In this document: positions 1-10,448 of the stretch, piece after piece | How positions within the stretch are numbered: position 1 is the stretch's first letter | How the letters are laid out: every line of letters starts with the position of its first letter | Assembly (NCBI GenBank): GCA_029762535.1 | Contig: JARVGK010000004.1 | Location: 17,633 to 81,632, forward strand | Length of the DNA: 64,000 nt | Direction of reading: 5' to 3' | DNA from: Thermoplasmatota archaeon | Lineage (GTDB): Archaea > Thermoplasmatota > Penumbrarchaeia > Penumbrarchaeales > Penumbrarchaeaceae | The notes under the pieces: generated by a model | What the model saw: the letters and a program-made list of their open reading frames with translations, nothing else | Told to the model about the DNA's origin: nothing | Databases searched by the model: none | Program-made: the position numbers and the translations under genes

Positions 1-805
1 TGCTATAATGGCTATTACCTTCATGTAGTGTTATTGAATCTCCATATGACCTTGTAATCTTATTATGTGCAATTTCTATATCTGATCCATGAAAAGTTGA
101 ATCTCCCATAAGTGCAATTCCAGAACCACCATATATTAAACCTGTATCTTCAATAGTGTTATTTATAATTTTTAGATTAAATTCGCCAAAAGGAGCGTAA
201 ATTCCCCATCTTCCGACATGATGAATATAATTATCTTTAATTGTGACTCCATAATGACGTGAACCTACTGATTGTGTTACAACACCACTTGATAAATTAA
301 AGATTTCAAAACCCGATAAGGTTACATAATTACCTCTAATATCAATGTATCCACCCCAGTTACCATTCATTTTTGGATGTGACCCATTTCCATATGATTT
401 TAAAATAATATGATTTCCTTTGGAGCCTGAGCTTCTGAATTGAAAAAAGCCATCATGGCATTTGCTTATATCCCATTCACCACCCTTAATGAAATTAATA
501 TTATCTCCGCCAGTAAAGGTAGTAACTTCATCAACGTTTTTTAGAGTTTTCCATGGCCCATTATTTCCCGAAGTGAATTTTTCGGACCTACCATCCCAAT
601 TATCATTTCCGTTGATCGAATCTACATAGAAATTCCTGGTTGTTGGAGATCTTGTTTCATTGATGGATTCATCTATGGTCGATCCATCGGTCTCGAAGAG
701 CATCGATTGTCCGGATATGATAGCTCCAACAAGTAGGAACAACAATAAAATCGTTATACCTGATAAGTCCCTTTTTAAGGTTTTTTGAGCCTTCTGTGAA
801 ATCAT
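1..805 (-). CDS. Secreted right-handed parallel beta-helix (pectin-lyase-like) protein, 3' end runs off the window
   Basis: Absent from the ORF track because there is no stop in the window. Hand translation from ATG at 805 (AAGGTG RBS-like upstream) gives MISQKAQKTLKRDLSGITILLLFLLVGAIISG (signal/TM), then FYVDSINGNDNWDGRS...GPWKTL and beta-helix repeats (IKDNYIHH, IINNTIED, IAHNKITR). The frame is open to base 1. Confidence 0.85.
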   Translation of the reverse strand, partial: MISQKAQKTLKRDLSGITILLLFLLVGAIISGQSMLFETDGSTIDESINETRSPTTRNFYVDSINGNDNWDGRSEKFTSGNNGPWKTLKNVDEVTTFTGGDNINFIKGGEWDISKCHDGFFQFRSSGSKGNHIILKSYGNGSHPKMNGNWGGYIDIRGNYVTLSGFEIFNLSSGVVTQSVGSRHYGVTIKDNYIHHVGRWGIYAPFGEFNLKIINNTIEDTGLIYGGSGIALMGDSTFHGSDIEIAHNKITRSYGDSITLHEGNSHYS

Positions 806-1103
806 TACTACACCTTTCTTCTGATGGTATATCATGATATTTATGGCGAATATGGGATATCCCTGGGGAAGTCCCTGCCATATGCCCCATCGGTTAGATT
901 CCTTCTAGTTGTTATCATTTTTGATAATGGAAGACCGTATATATCTTGACATATGATTCGTATTCTGCTTCCTTTGTTATCTGACTGGTATATCATAGGA
1001 CATCTTGTGTCGATGATTAGTTGTTATATTATATTTACGGTAACTATTGTGAATCTATTATTGTCCTAATTCATTTGGTATATTGTTATCTAAAAATAAT
1101 ATA

Positions 1104-2204
1104 TTATACTATATCCAGAAAGACTCTTTCCAATCTTCGAGATATTTTTTGGATATCATATAGGTCATATGATATCTCTTTTGCCCTGTCTCCCATGATC
1201 TTGATCTTCTCAGGATGTTCAATAAGGTGCCTTATCTTCTTTTCCAACAAATCTATCGTTGGGGCCATCATGCCTAGACCATGTTCTGATATCATATCAT
1301 CTGGATCGGCATTCATGGATATTACGGGAGTACCCCTCATCCATGCTTGGACGAATGTGTTTGAGAATCCTTCGGATTCACTCGTGCTTACAAGTATCCA
1401 TGATCGAGCTATGTGGTCATTGGTCGTATCAAAATCCCTCTCTCCAAGATATTTCAGATTTTTAATGAGGTCGATTTCCGTTTTCATATTTTGATAATAC
1501 CTTTGATCGTGTGGTCTTCCTATCATGATGAAACGAGCACCTGTATCGGACATCCTCTTTGCCAATTCAATAAATATTTCTGGCCTTTTCAACGGTTTGA
1601 TATTTGCTACCCATATGATCGTGGGTTTTTTTTCTTTTTTTGGAATGCTCTCGGGGATCTCATGACCAATGGGAATAATTATCGATTCGATGTCATAATT
1701 ATCCTTGAAAAGCTTTTTTTGATGTTCTGTCTGGCATATTATCTTTGAAGAGTAGGAATAATATCTAGATATTAATTTCCTGTTAATTATCTGAAATGGG
1801 AGTGATGGAGTTATGTAAAGCTTTGGTTTTCTGCAGTGCCTTTCCATTGAAAGAGCACTTACAACCGGTATTCTCCTTTCCTTTCCATATGTACTTATGA
1901 TATCAATGAAATGATAATCTCCTCTCTGATATATTATATCAGGATTTATTTTATCCAATAATTCATATATTTTTTTTTTGGAGAGGTAATGTAATGTATT
2001 AATTCTTTTAAAAGGTCTTTTTATTCTATATATTTTTAAACCTCTATCGTCAATATCTGGAAACAATTTGAATGAATCTCCTTGACATAAATAAACCATT
2101 TCATGTCCAAAAGATAATAAATGTTTGATTAATAATGATGATTGAATTTCAGCTCCGCCGATCTTATCTTTGTAATATTCTCCCAGACAAAAAAGGATCT
2201 TCAT
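1104..2204 (-). CDS. Glycosyltransferase family 4 (GT-B)
   Basis: N-terminal GGAE, KRPE, and EGFSNTFVQAW (Ex7E-like, second Glu replaced by Gln). Confidence 0.9.
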   Translation of the reverse strand: MKILFCLGEYYKDKIGGAEIQSSLLIKHLLSFGHEMVYLCQGDSFKLFPDIDDRGLKIYRIKRPFKRINTLHYLSKKKIYELLDKINPDIIYQRGDYHFIDIISTYGKERRIPVVSALSMERHCRKPKLYITPSLPFQIINRKLISRYYSYSSKIICQTEHQKKLFKDNYDIESIIIPIGHEIPESIPKKEKKPTIIWVANIKPLKRPEIFIELAKRMSDTGARFIMIGRPHDQRYYQNMKTEIDLIKNLKYLGERDFDTTNDHIARSWILVSTSESEGFSNTFVQAWMRGTPVISMNADPDDMISEHGLGMMAPTIDLLEKKIRHLIEHPEKIKIMGDRAKEISYDLYDIQKISRRLERVFLDIV

Positions 2205-2219
2205 ATTATAACTTCCAAA

Positions 2220-3386
2220 TTATATTAATAAGTTCATCAGAGATAATACATCTTCGTATAGTATATTTTTTGAATATGAACTTCTAATATTTCTAATATT
2301 ATTATACTTTTCTTTATAATCATTGACATTCATATTCCTTAATAATCGGGATATTTCATCTTTGTGAAAATTAACGACCCAACCGATATTTTCTTTCTTA
2401 ACGAATGATGCGGTATCATAATCACCAAAGACGATGATAGGTCTCATTCCTCCAATGGAATCAAAGAATTTATTCGGGATCGATTGTCCGATCATTGGTA
2501 TTACAGTTATGTCGCTGGAATTCATATAGTCCACAACTTTTGATTTATCGACGAAACCAGTTAATTCTATATTATTATATTCATTTTTCTTGATATATTC
2601 TTTCACCATATTTATATTATCTCCTCCGCCCACCATGGTGAATCTTACAATTTTATTCTCTCCGATGGCATCGATTAATGGATAAAAATTGAAATTCAAA
2701 GAGAAATTTCCTATGAATAATAATTTCCACTTACCCGGTATAATATTTGGTTCTTTGATATCATTCCATCTATCGTTATCATAACCTAAAGGAACGAATA
2801 TTGAATTTATCGGTTTTGAATATCTTTTTATCCAATCAATAAAGCTCGGTGAAACATATAAAAAATGTTTTATATTCCACATCGATAAAAATAAAAATAC
2901 TGAACAATAAAAATTAAATAATATACTGATGAAATTATTTTGGGGAAAAGCATCAGGCCAAATGTCTCTCACATCTAGGATTATTTTAAATCTTTTAATA
3001 AGGGAGATCCAGCTCGTTACGAAGATAAGTTCCATGGGTCTTGAAGGTATGATTACAAGATCGGCTTTATTTTTTAAAAGGAACAACCCCGTTTTAATAG
3101 CGAATTCAATATGACTTAGGATCCTTTTGGGAGAGAGGATCTTTTTATACCCAACATTTTTCTGGACCTTTAATTTGTAAGGAACGCTGGATACGGCTCT
3201 TTTGATATCCTCTTTCGAGAAGAAGGTCTTATCGGCATGGTAGAAATTTGTTGTGATATATGTCACATCATATCCCTTTTTTACAAGCATATCCGCTATC
3301 AGTGGATGCCTGTTTCCACGCTTGGTCATCACATTTTCAAACGGGGTTAAGATAAAGATCCTTTTTTTTCTATTTATGAAGATCAC
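2220..3386 (-). CDS. Glycosyltransferase family 4 (WbuB-like)
   Basis: DVRDIWPD and IPNKFFD motifs typical of WbuB/CapM-like GT4. Confidence 0.85.
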   Translation of the reverse strand: MIFINRKKRIFILTPFENVMTKRGNRHPLIADMLVKKGYDVTYITTNFYHADKTFFSKEDIKRAVSSVPYKLKVQKNVGYKKILSPKRILSHIEFAIKTGLFLLKNKADLVIIPSRPMELIFVTSWISLIKRFKIILDVRDIWPDAFPQNNFISILFNFYCSVFLFLSMWNIKHFLYVSPSFIDWIKRYSKPINSIFVPLGYDNDRWNDIKEPNIIPGKWKLLFIGNFSLNFNFYPLIDAIGENKIVRFTMVGGGDNINMVKEYIKKNEYNNIELTGFVDKSKVVDYMNSSDITVIPMIGQSIPNKFFDSIGGMRPIIVFGDYDTASFVKKENIGWVVNFHKDEISRLLRNMNVNDYKEKYNNIRNIRSSYSKNILYEDVLSLMNLLI

Positions 3387-4485
3387 CCTTTAATAAATTC
3401 TGGTAGGTTCCATATATCTGTGCGATGATTATTCTTGATTCATATCTTTTGAAAGCTTCTTCTTTTATGCTTTTTGACATCTCATAGAACATATCATAAT
3501 TCTTGAATACGTATTCGATCTTATTCATCAGATCATCGGGATCCTTCTGTTTAACTATGAAACCGTTTTCCCCGTTCCTTATGACCTCCTTCAAAGCGGC
3601 AACATCCGTGGATATGATCAAACAGCCTCCTGCCATGGCCTCCATCACAACAGTTGGGCATCCTTCCGGATAATAAGATGGATAGAGAAAAATATCGCTA
3701 TCATTGAATTTTTCTACCTTCTTTTGATCGGGATAGTAACCTAGGTAATTCACCTTTTCTTCAATACCATATAACTTGATTTTTTCCTCAAACCTTACTC
3801 TGATTTCATCATTAACGAACCAGCCGATGAAATCCATTCTGAAATCATACCCTTTCAGATGAAGTCCATGAAGGGCCTCAAGGATCACCAATATCCCCTT
3901 CTCCTCCTGCATCCTGCCGACATATAAGAGATTTGGAGTCTTGCTCTTTTTCCTTTTATAACCTGAGAAGAGATCTCCATCAAAGAAGGTCTTGCTAACC
4001 TCGATCTTGGAGAGACCCAAATTCTGAAGCGAATCCTTGAAATCCTCAGCGAGAACGTATAAGGAATCAGCCTTTGAATATATACAATGAAAAATTATTC
4101 TTCTTATTGTGGATTCTTTCAGTTTCTTGTAATATCCTTTATCCCAACCATGGAAGAAGACCAATACTTTTTTTCTCATGGCTTTTGAGATCAAGATATA
4201 TATGGAATCCCTCACTATAGGAACTGTGAAGAAAGATGGATTCAGATGCACAATTCTCGAACTTCTATCGGTAATTATTTTTCTGATGAATCTAACTAAA
4301 TCTTTTGGGTATGATAATACATAAGGTATAATTTGCTTAGTGCTCTGTTCTTTTGATATGCCCTGCTTGAAGTGTTCAATAGCTATATCATCATGAGAAT
4401 AGTTCTTGAAGAAGATCCTAAAAAAATTGGTAACTCCACCTGGCACTTTCAAGTCCCTGGTCATAATAAGTGCCTTCGGTTTCAA
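3370..4485 (-). CDS. Glycosyltransferase family 4
   Basis: GGV N-terminus, VGR...EKG, EGCPTVVMEAMAGG (Ex7E). TTG start. Confidence 0.92.
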   Translation of the reverse strand: MKPKALIMTRDLKVPGGVTNFFRIFFKNYSHDDIAIEHFKQGISKEQSTKQIIPYVLSYPKDLVRFIRKIITDRSSRIVHLNPSFFTVPIVRDSIYILISKAMRKKVLVFFHGWDKGYYKKLKESTIRRIIFHCIYSKADSLYVLAEDFKDSLQNLGLSKIEVSKTFFDGDLFSGYKRKKSKTPNLLYVGRMQEEKGILVILEALHGLHLKGYDFRMDFIGWFVNDEIRVRFEEKIKLYGIEEKVNYLGYYPDQKKVEKFNDSDIFLYPSYYPEGCPTVVMEAMAGGCLIISTDVAALKEVIRNGENGFIVKQKDPDDLMNKIEYVFKNYDMFYEMSKSIKEEAFKRYESRIIIAQIYGTYQNLLKGDLHK

Positions 4486-5654
4486 CGATGATCACCATTA
4501 CCTAAACATTTTACCAATGCCAGTAAGATCCAGCTGTCTCCCCATCTGGTGTAATCATTGTTGTTTTTGATAATAGGCCATACTTGATGTCTGGTTCTAC
4601 CATCTGAGCGTATCATTCTTTTCAGGGTCCAGGATAATACTTTCTCGAACTTATCTCTAACGAACGGGAACATGGATGAATTGTCCTTTAATGTTATCAT
4701 TGCCTGGGCCTGATTGTGGATATCTATCGGCCACTTCCTGGGATATCGATAGTATGTTCTGCCCCGATCATCGATGGTCTTTATATAGAATCTCAGCCCC
4801 TTCTCGATCCTTGGGAGGATCCGTTCATCCTTGTCGATCTCCCAGATGGATCTCAGGCCATCGAGGATGAAGCCCTGGTGAAAGTCGAACTGCTTCCTGA
4901 ACTTGCCTGTAGAGGGATCTATACTGTAATACCACGATCCATCGGCGTTCTGCTTGGATAATGTGAAGTTCAGAGCCTTTTCTGCAATCTCAAGGATATC
5001 ATCCTTCTTTAGAACTGTTCCAGCTCTGAAGAGATAACTGGACCCGAGTATGTTGGCGTTATGAACGACGTTATTATCGTGAGGTGAATAACTGAAGCAT
5101 ATACCCTCATCGTCTTTGTGGATGTTGAGGTCGTTCATGATGAAATCGGCTATTCCACTTATCGTTCTCTTCAACTCTGGATTGGCATCGAAATTATAGA
5201 GGTCGATCAGAGAATGGCCGATAAAGCTTGTCACAACTATTGAAGGCTCATATCTGGGTATGAACTTGTGAAGGTCCTGCCATGGAAAATGATAACCCCA
5301 ACAAGGTCCGGAATAATCCATGTTCTGATTCTCAATGATCCATGAATGTATAAATTCGATCTCTTTTTCGAGATCTGGAATGATGTCATGATCTTTACCT
5401 TTCTTGAGGATCAAAAGGGCTCTGAGCAATAGACCCATAGTCTTCGGGTTCACATCCTTTTTTATCCTCAGTATTGACCTGAAGTTTATTGGTGAATAGA
5501 CGAGCAACTGGGTGGATGCGATCCTTATCCATCTGTTCTCGAACGAGGTTATAATGGGACTGTTCAGGCAGTCATAGGGGTCGTATCCTTTGTAATCGTT
5601 TCTTTTGATGTTTTGATAGATCGATCCGATGATCCTCTTTGTATCGTTTTCCAT
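4482..5654 (-). CDS. Polysaccharide-locus alpha/alpha-toroid protein of unknown function
   Basis: GYDPYDCLNS, WGYHFPWQ, VHNAN, QNADGSWYY, DFHQGF and WPIDIH motifs. Start moved to ATG 5654 (MENDTK) to avoid overlap with the upstream gene. Confidence 0.7.
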   Translation of the reverse strand: MENDTKRIIGSIYQNIKRNDYKGYDPYDCLNSPIITSFENRWIRIASTQLLVYSPINFRSILRIKKDVNPKTMGLLLRALLILKKGKDHDIIPDLEKEIEFIHSWIIENQNMDYSGPCWGYHFPWQDLHKFIPRYEPSIVVTSFIGHSLIDLYNFDANPELKRTISGIADFIMNDLNIHKDDEGICFSYSPHDNNVVHNANILGSSYLFRAGTVLKKDDILEIAEKALNFTLSKQNADGSWYYSIDPSTGKFRKQFDFHQGFILDGLRSIWEIDKDERILPRIEKGLRFYIKTIDDRGRTYYRYPRKWPIDIHNQAQAMITLKDNSSMFPFVRDKFEKVLSWTLKRMIRSDGRTRHQVWPIIKNNNDYTRWGDSWILLALVKCLGNGDHR

Positions 5655-5667
5655 GATAACTACCCAT

Positions 5668-6693
5668 TCAATCCTCAAGTGCGGATCCCAGCTTTTCAAA
5701 GAACTCTATCTGGACCTTCTTGGGATCGTGTCCATGTGTGTCGTTAATGTGCTTTTTTTCAAGTATATGATCGATGATCTCATCAACATCCCTTGAATGG
5801 ACCATCATTCCTTTTTCTATCAGGTCTTGATCTACAGTTAATAATTCTTTGCCAGGAAAGAAGGAAACGGCCTTCCTCCCGATTATGGCTCCCTCCCTGG
5901 CCATCGTCCCTGATCCAGTTAGGACCCCCATTGAGTAATATATCAGGTCCAGACCATTCAACGGCTTTGGAGGTATATGGACGTTTTTCCTGCCGCTGAT
6001 GTTCCAATCGCTCCTGTCCCTGGGCAGGAATACGATGTTTATTCCTTCTTTTTCGAACCGATCCAAGAGGATTTCGGTTATGCTCTTTTCTTCTTTCACA
6101 TAGAATGATGCCAATGCCTCAGGCCTTATGACGATATAGTCTTTGAACGGTAGCTTGCTGAGTATATCTTTATTCGGTATATGACCGGATATGTAAATGT
6201 CCTCTTTGTAACCGTCATAGGTCAGGATCCTCGATCGGGAGAAATGCTTCTTGAACCGATGTTTAGTACATTTGGGAACTATCAGGATATCGGTTTTCGT
6301 CTTCAACCATGATTCTATCTTCTGTATTCTGCCAGAGCCTTTGTTGTATTTGACATCATTATCAAGCATTAGAATCGTTTTCTTTCTCCGCATCCATCCA
6401 ACGGCAACGCTCATGGGATTCTCGAATGATAATGCGGTATCGAACCTCTTCAGATGAAGAGAAAGTTGTAACGTCCTTATTGCAATGGATGATGTTTTCA
6501 AGAAAGCGTTCTCGTAATCCTTGCCTATCGCATCGCCTTTTATTCCAAGATCATTTGCGATGGATAGTGTCTCGCCCCTGTCTCTCATTGTAACGTTAAG
6601 CCGGGCATTTTTGGAGATCCTGTCTATGACCGGTTTGAAGAACAGGGGATGCGAAGGGTTGAGAAGATCTATCCAAACGGTTCCATTCATCAT
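5668..6693 (-). CDS. DUF354 family GT-B-fold protein
   Basis: WIDLLNPSHPLFF N-terminus, YDGYKE, RPE and GSGTMAREGA motifs. Confidence 0.85.
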   Translation of the reverse strand: MMNGTVWIDLLNPSHPLFFKPVIDRISKNARLNVTMRDRGETLSIANDLGIKGDAIGKDYENAFLKTSSIAIRTLQLSLHLKRFDTALSFENPMSVAVGWMRRKKTILMLDNDVKYNKGSGRIQKIESWLKTKTDILIVPKCTKHRFKKHFSRSRILTYDGYKEDIYISGHIPNKDILSKLPFKDYIVIRPEALASFYVKEEKSITEILLDRFEKEGINIVFLPRDRSDWNISGRKNVHIPPKPLNGLDLIYYSMGVLTGSGTMAREGAIIGRKAVSFFPGKELLTVDQDLIEKGMMVHSRDVDEIIDHILEKKHINDTHGHDPKKVQIEFFEKLGSALED

Positions 6694-6694
6694 C

Positions 6695-8251
6695 TCATTC
6701 CTTCATATACATATCTTTATTATTCTTTATCGATTCCCGATCTATCTTCCCATTTGCTGTAAGCGGCATATGATCGATAAAATAGACTCTCTTGGGTATC
6801 ATGTATTTCTCGAGCCTTTCGGAACAGAATCTGAGAATGTCATCCTCTTTGACCTCTTTTAAACTCTGTGCAAAGCATATGAACCTGTTACCGAGAATAT
6901 AATCGGCAATGGGAATGACCACACAGCTTGAGATCCCATCCATTGATGTAATTACGGCTTCAACTTCCTGTGGGGTCGCTTTCTCACCCCCTATCTTTAT
7001 TACCTGATCCTTCCTTCCAACAAAGTAGAGATCCCCTTCTTCATCGAACCTGAAGAGATCACCTGTTAACAATATCCTTTCACCAGTGATATCGTCTTTG
7101 ATGATAGTTCTCTCTGTCTCTATGGTATCGTTCCAGTAACCGATCATGATATGCGGTCCTTTCACAGCTAGTTCGCCGATCTTTCCTGGTTCATGAATAG
7201 GTTTTCTGTCATCGTCTAGTAGAATGACATCGGTGTTCGGGATTGCTTTACCGACCGATGTCGGCTTTTCCATTATCTTACTTGGATCGAGGAACGATAC
7301 CCTCTTGCATTCGGTCAATCCATACATAGAATAGATAGAAACGCCAGGAAACATCTGGATTAGCTTTTCGATGGTCTTTGGAGACAATGCTTGTGCGGTG
7401 TTCGTTATGTATCGTAGAGAGGATAGATCGTAATTTGTTATGTCTCCAAGTCTTAGTAAAATCTCTGCCATCGATGGAACGATCGGGAATCCGGTCACTC
7501 TCTCTTTCTGGATCCTCTCGAGTAGTTGATTGAAGAAAGTGAAGGACTTTTCAAGGATTAGCGTTCCACCACTTTTAATGGACATTATCGCCTGATACAG
7601 ACCATAATCGAAGGATAAAGGTATGGCGTTTAGTATAACATCATTCTCATCGTTGTTGAGATATTCGATTATCGAGTTCGATGCGGCGTCGATATTTGCA
7701 TGGCTCAGAGTCACTCCTTTTGGTTCTCCGGTGGACCCGGATGTGAACATGATCAGTGCGACATCTCTTTCATTCGGGGACTTCATCTCGCGTAGGTTAT
7801 CCGGACTTTTACATAGATCAGCGAATATATGATATTCGTTCGTTATCTCTTTATCTATTAAGCCATCTCCAAGACCAATTATGATCTGCCTATCGGATCC
7901 CTTCACGCTATCATTTACCATATCTCGGTTCAGATCATCCGCCATTATACATTTTGGATCGCATTTGTCGATAATTGTTTTGAGTTTTTCCTGCTTTATT
8001 TGGGGGTTGACTGGAACGAATATTGCCCCCATCTTCGAGGCTGTAAATAATGATATAACGGTTTCTGGTTTGTTGCCGGTCATCACAACGACGCGATCTC
8101 CGCCTCTTATGCCTATTCTTTCCATATTGGATGATAGATCGTCCGTTATCCTATCCAATTCGTCATAGGTATATGTCTGATCTCCGAACTTGATCGCGAT
8201 CTTATCCCTATATCGATGAGCGGATTTCGTGAGGTATTCGCTGAGTATCAT
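6695..8251 (-). CDS. Adenylate-forming enzyme (ANL superfamily), putative aminoacyl/acyl-ACP ligase
   Basis: FTSGSTGEPKG (A3), PLSFDYG (A4-like), YGLTE (A5), TGD (A7), GRKD, and PLTANGKIDR (A10 Lys). Likely start ATG 8251 (MILSEYL). Confidence 0.9.
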   Translation of the reverse strand: MILSEYLTKSAHRYRDKIAIKFGDQTYTYDELDRITDDLSSNMERIGIRGGDRVVVMTGNKPETVISLFTASKMGAIFVPVNPQIKQEKLKTIIDKCDPKCIMADDLNRDMVNDSVKGSDRQIIIGLGDGLIDKEITNEYHIFADLCKSPDNLREMKSPNERDVALIMFTSGSTGEPKGVTLSHANIDAASNSIIEYLNNDENDVILNAIPLSFDYGLYQAIMSIKSGGTLILEKSFTFFNQLLERIQKERVTGFPIVPSMAEILLRLGDITNYDLSSLRYITNTAQALSPKTIEKLIQMFPGVSIYSMYGLTECKRVSFLDPSKIMEKPTSVGKAIPNTDVILLDDDRKPIHEPGKIGELAVKGPHIMIGYWNDTIETERTIIKDDITGERILLTGDLFRFDEEGDLYFVGRKDQVIKIGGEKATPQEVEAVITSMDGISSCVVIPIADYILGNRFICFAQSLKEVKEDDILRFCSERLEKYMIPKRVYFIDHMPLTANGKIDRESIKNNKDMYMKE

Positions 8252-8264
8252 GGAATACACCGTA

Positions 8265-8624
8265 TCAGCATATGGAAACTGCAACGGCAACGGCCATATC
8301 TTTGATATGTGAAATGGAAGCCTCGATCCTCTGTATTTTCATTTCGGATGCGATCCTGGCCACATCTCCTGAGAGAGTGACTTCGATCCTATCCCCTTCG
8401 GTCTTGACCGTACCGATCTCCCTCCAGTCCGGAGACCTTTCTTCGGATATCCCCAAGGACTTGTAAACCGCTTCCTTCAAGGCGAATCTGGCAGCAAAAT
8501 GCAAAATATCGTCGTTCTTTGATGAGCAATAACTAATCTCTCCTTCTGTGAATATCCTGGAGAGATCTCTTATTTTACCGAATGATTCCACATCAACGAG
8601 ATCGATCCCTATGCCCTTTATCAT
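8265..8624 (-). CDS. acpS: Holo-ACP synthase (AcpS-type 4'-phosphopantetheinyl transferase)
   Basis: 119 aa with GIGIDLV, FTEGEISYC, FAARFALKEAVYKSLG and SISH motifs. Confidence 0.92.
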   Translation of the reverse strand: MIKGIGIDLVDVESFGKIRDLSRIFTEGEISYCSSKNDDILHFAARFALKEAVYKSLGISEERSPDWREIGTVKTEGDRIEVTLSGDVARIASEMKIQRIEASISHIKDMAVAVAVSIC

Positions 8625-10435
8625 AATTTATGCACCTTCGATCCCCTGATCAGTATCCTTCCATCGCCCTGATCGTATATGGTGTTGTTGATATCATCGA
8701 AGATATTCTCCTGGATCCCCCAGTAATGCATATTTCCTTTGATCTTATCATTATCTATTATCAGGTCGGTCCTTAATGTGTAATTTTCATCTCTTAAGGA
8801 TCCGGGCGCTTCCCTGTACATTCTCATTTTCTCGGGTACTTGCAGGCTTGATGAGGCGACCGGATAGAAAGATCTGAATGATACGAAAACGGTTTGATTC
8901 CCAAGGGAGAAATCCTCGATGAACTCCCCGGGAATTATCGATCCGTTATCCTCGATATAACCGAAACCGCTGATTGTCGTATTTACTGAATAATTGAGGT
9001 TGAAAAGAATGGGTCCTGTTATCATCATCGCGATTATGATTATCATGAACCGGCTGTTTTTGAACATTCTTCCGATATATTGTGGAGTGTTCACGAACAT
9101 TACCTGAACCGCTCTCTGGCCAAGGATCGCATAGTTGAAGAATCCTCCTGCCATGAAAGCAAGTGAACCTCCGAAGAGGTAGATGTCGAAGAAGTTAATA
9201 TGTTTCTTGGAGACTTTGATAAGACTGATGGTGATGAGGGCGACAAATAAGAATAAAATAATTATATTGACATATCTCAGTAACAGGTGGATCTCCCCCG
9301 GAACTAGGTCATATAATGGATAGTTCTCAAAGCTTGCCAGCCCAACTTTTGTTTTACTCCCAAGGAAATATGATACTATGAACCACGTCTCACCTCTCTC
9401 ATCGCGTGTATATAGAAGATCCTCTATGAATTCGAATCTGAAGAACCTTGTTTTGTAGCCATAAATGTAAATGGCGATCAAAAGTATCAATGAAATATCT
9501 TTCTTTCCACTTATCCCGATAAATGATTCGATTTTATTCCGGGTAAAATATTGGATCGAGATGAAATGTTGTTTCACATCCTTGGCAATGTTGAATAATC
9601 GAAATAAAACATGTCCTATTGAATCACTTGTCCTTAAGAATTCCTTGATCTTTTCCAATTTATCTGAAGTTGATATTTCGGTTGTCTTTTTGATGATCAC
9701 GGCCATGAGGAAGAAGAAGAACATGAAAGGATGTGAGTAAACGCAAAGAATGAAGAATACTATTGTTAAATAGTAGTATATTACATTCTTTGTTTCCTGG
9801 AGTCTTACATAGGACCCTATGGTAAGTAACATGAATATCAATCCCACGAATTGCGGGATGAATTGAGAATTGATAAAGAAAAAGGTCAGAATGATGTAAG
9901 CAGCCGGATAGATGATGAAACTCGCCGGATATCTCCTTGAGAACTTGACCATTGTCAATGGCAGTACCAGTGGGATCGCAAGTAGGTAAACGAAGAATCC
10001 TAAATTTGTTGTCCCGTAGTATGATAACCCGAGAACATCCATGATAACCCTACCCGAAGTGAAATATATCGGGCATGTGAAATATGTGAAAAGGGCCGGA
10101 TCTATGTAGATATTGCGTGATAGATGTCGCATGAACATCGATGTAGCGCCGATATCTGTCTGCTGCGGTACTATGATGAAGAACAGGTTGAAAGCGTAAA
10201 AGACAAAAAAGAACAGAACTGAAAGTAGCATCACTGACACTTTTGATCTCACCTTTAAAGCTATGAAAACGATCACGCCGGAATATAAAAGGAGCAGGAT
10301 CCAGAAAGACATTGGTACGCTTTCTATTATAGATCTTCCTCTGTCGATACTTGCGGGAAAAGCGAATAGGATTATATCGACCAGAATAACAAGGAGGATC
10401 ATTATGACGAAAAATAGGTATTTGTTGATCTTCAT
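8621..10435 (-). CDS. Polytopic membrane protein (putative GT-C-fold transferase or glycan polymerase)
   Basis: 604 aa, roughly 11-13 hydrophobic segments, a loop Asp after the N-terminal TMs (PQQTDIG) and a soluble C-terminal domain. ATGA overlap with acpS. Confidence 0.6.
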   Translation of the reverse strand: MKINKYLFFVIMILLVILVDIILFAFPASIDRGRSIIESVPMSFWILLLLYSGVIVFIALKVRSKVSVMLLSVLFFFVFYAFNLFFIIVPQQTDIGATSMFMRHLSRNIYIDPALFTYFTCPIYFTSGRVIMDVLGLSYYGTTNLGFFVYLLAIPLVLPLTMVKFSRRYPASFIIYPAAYIILTFFFINSQFIPQFVGLIFMLLTIGSYVRLQETKNVIYYYLTIVFFILCVYSHPFMFFFFLMAVIIKKTTEISTSDKLEKIKEFLRTSDSIGHVLFRLFNIAKDVKQHFISIQYFTRNKIESFIGISGKKDISLILLIAIYIYGYKTRFFRFEFIEDLLYTRDERGETWFIVSYFLGSKTKVGLASFENYPLYDLVPGEIHLLLRYVNIIILFLFVALITISLIKVSKKHINFFDIYLFGGSLAFMAGGFFNYAILGQRAVQVMFVNTPQYIGRMFKNSRFMIIIIAMMITGPILFNLNYSVNTTISGFGYIEDNGSIIPGEFIEDFSLGNQTVFVSFRSFYPVASSSLQVPEKMRMYREAPGSLRDENYTLRTDLIIDNDKIKGNMHYWGIQENIFDDINNTIYDQGDGRILIRGSKVHKL

Positions 10436-10448
10436 GATAGAACACCAT

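Noticed and set aside
669-1748. Short ORFs 669..890, 1021..1494, 1259..1465 and 1413..1748
   Set aside because: They are alternative-frame or antisense shadows of the beta-helix and GT4 genes, with no recognisable motifs.
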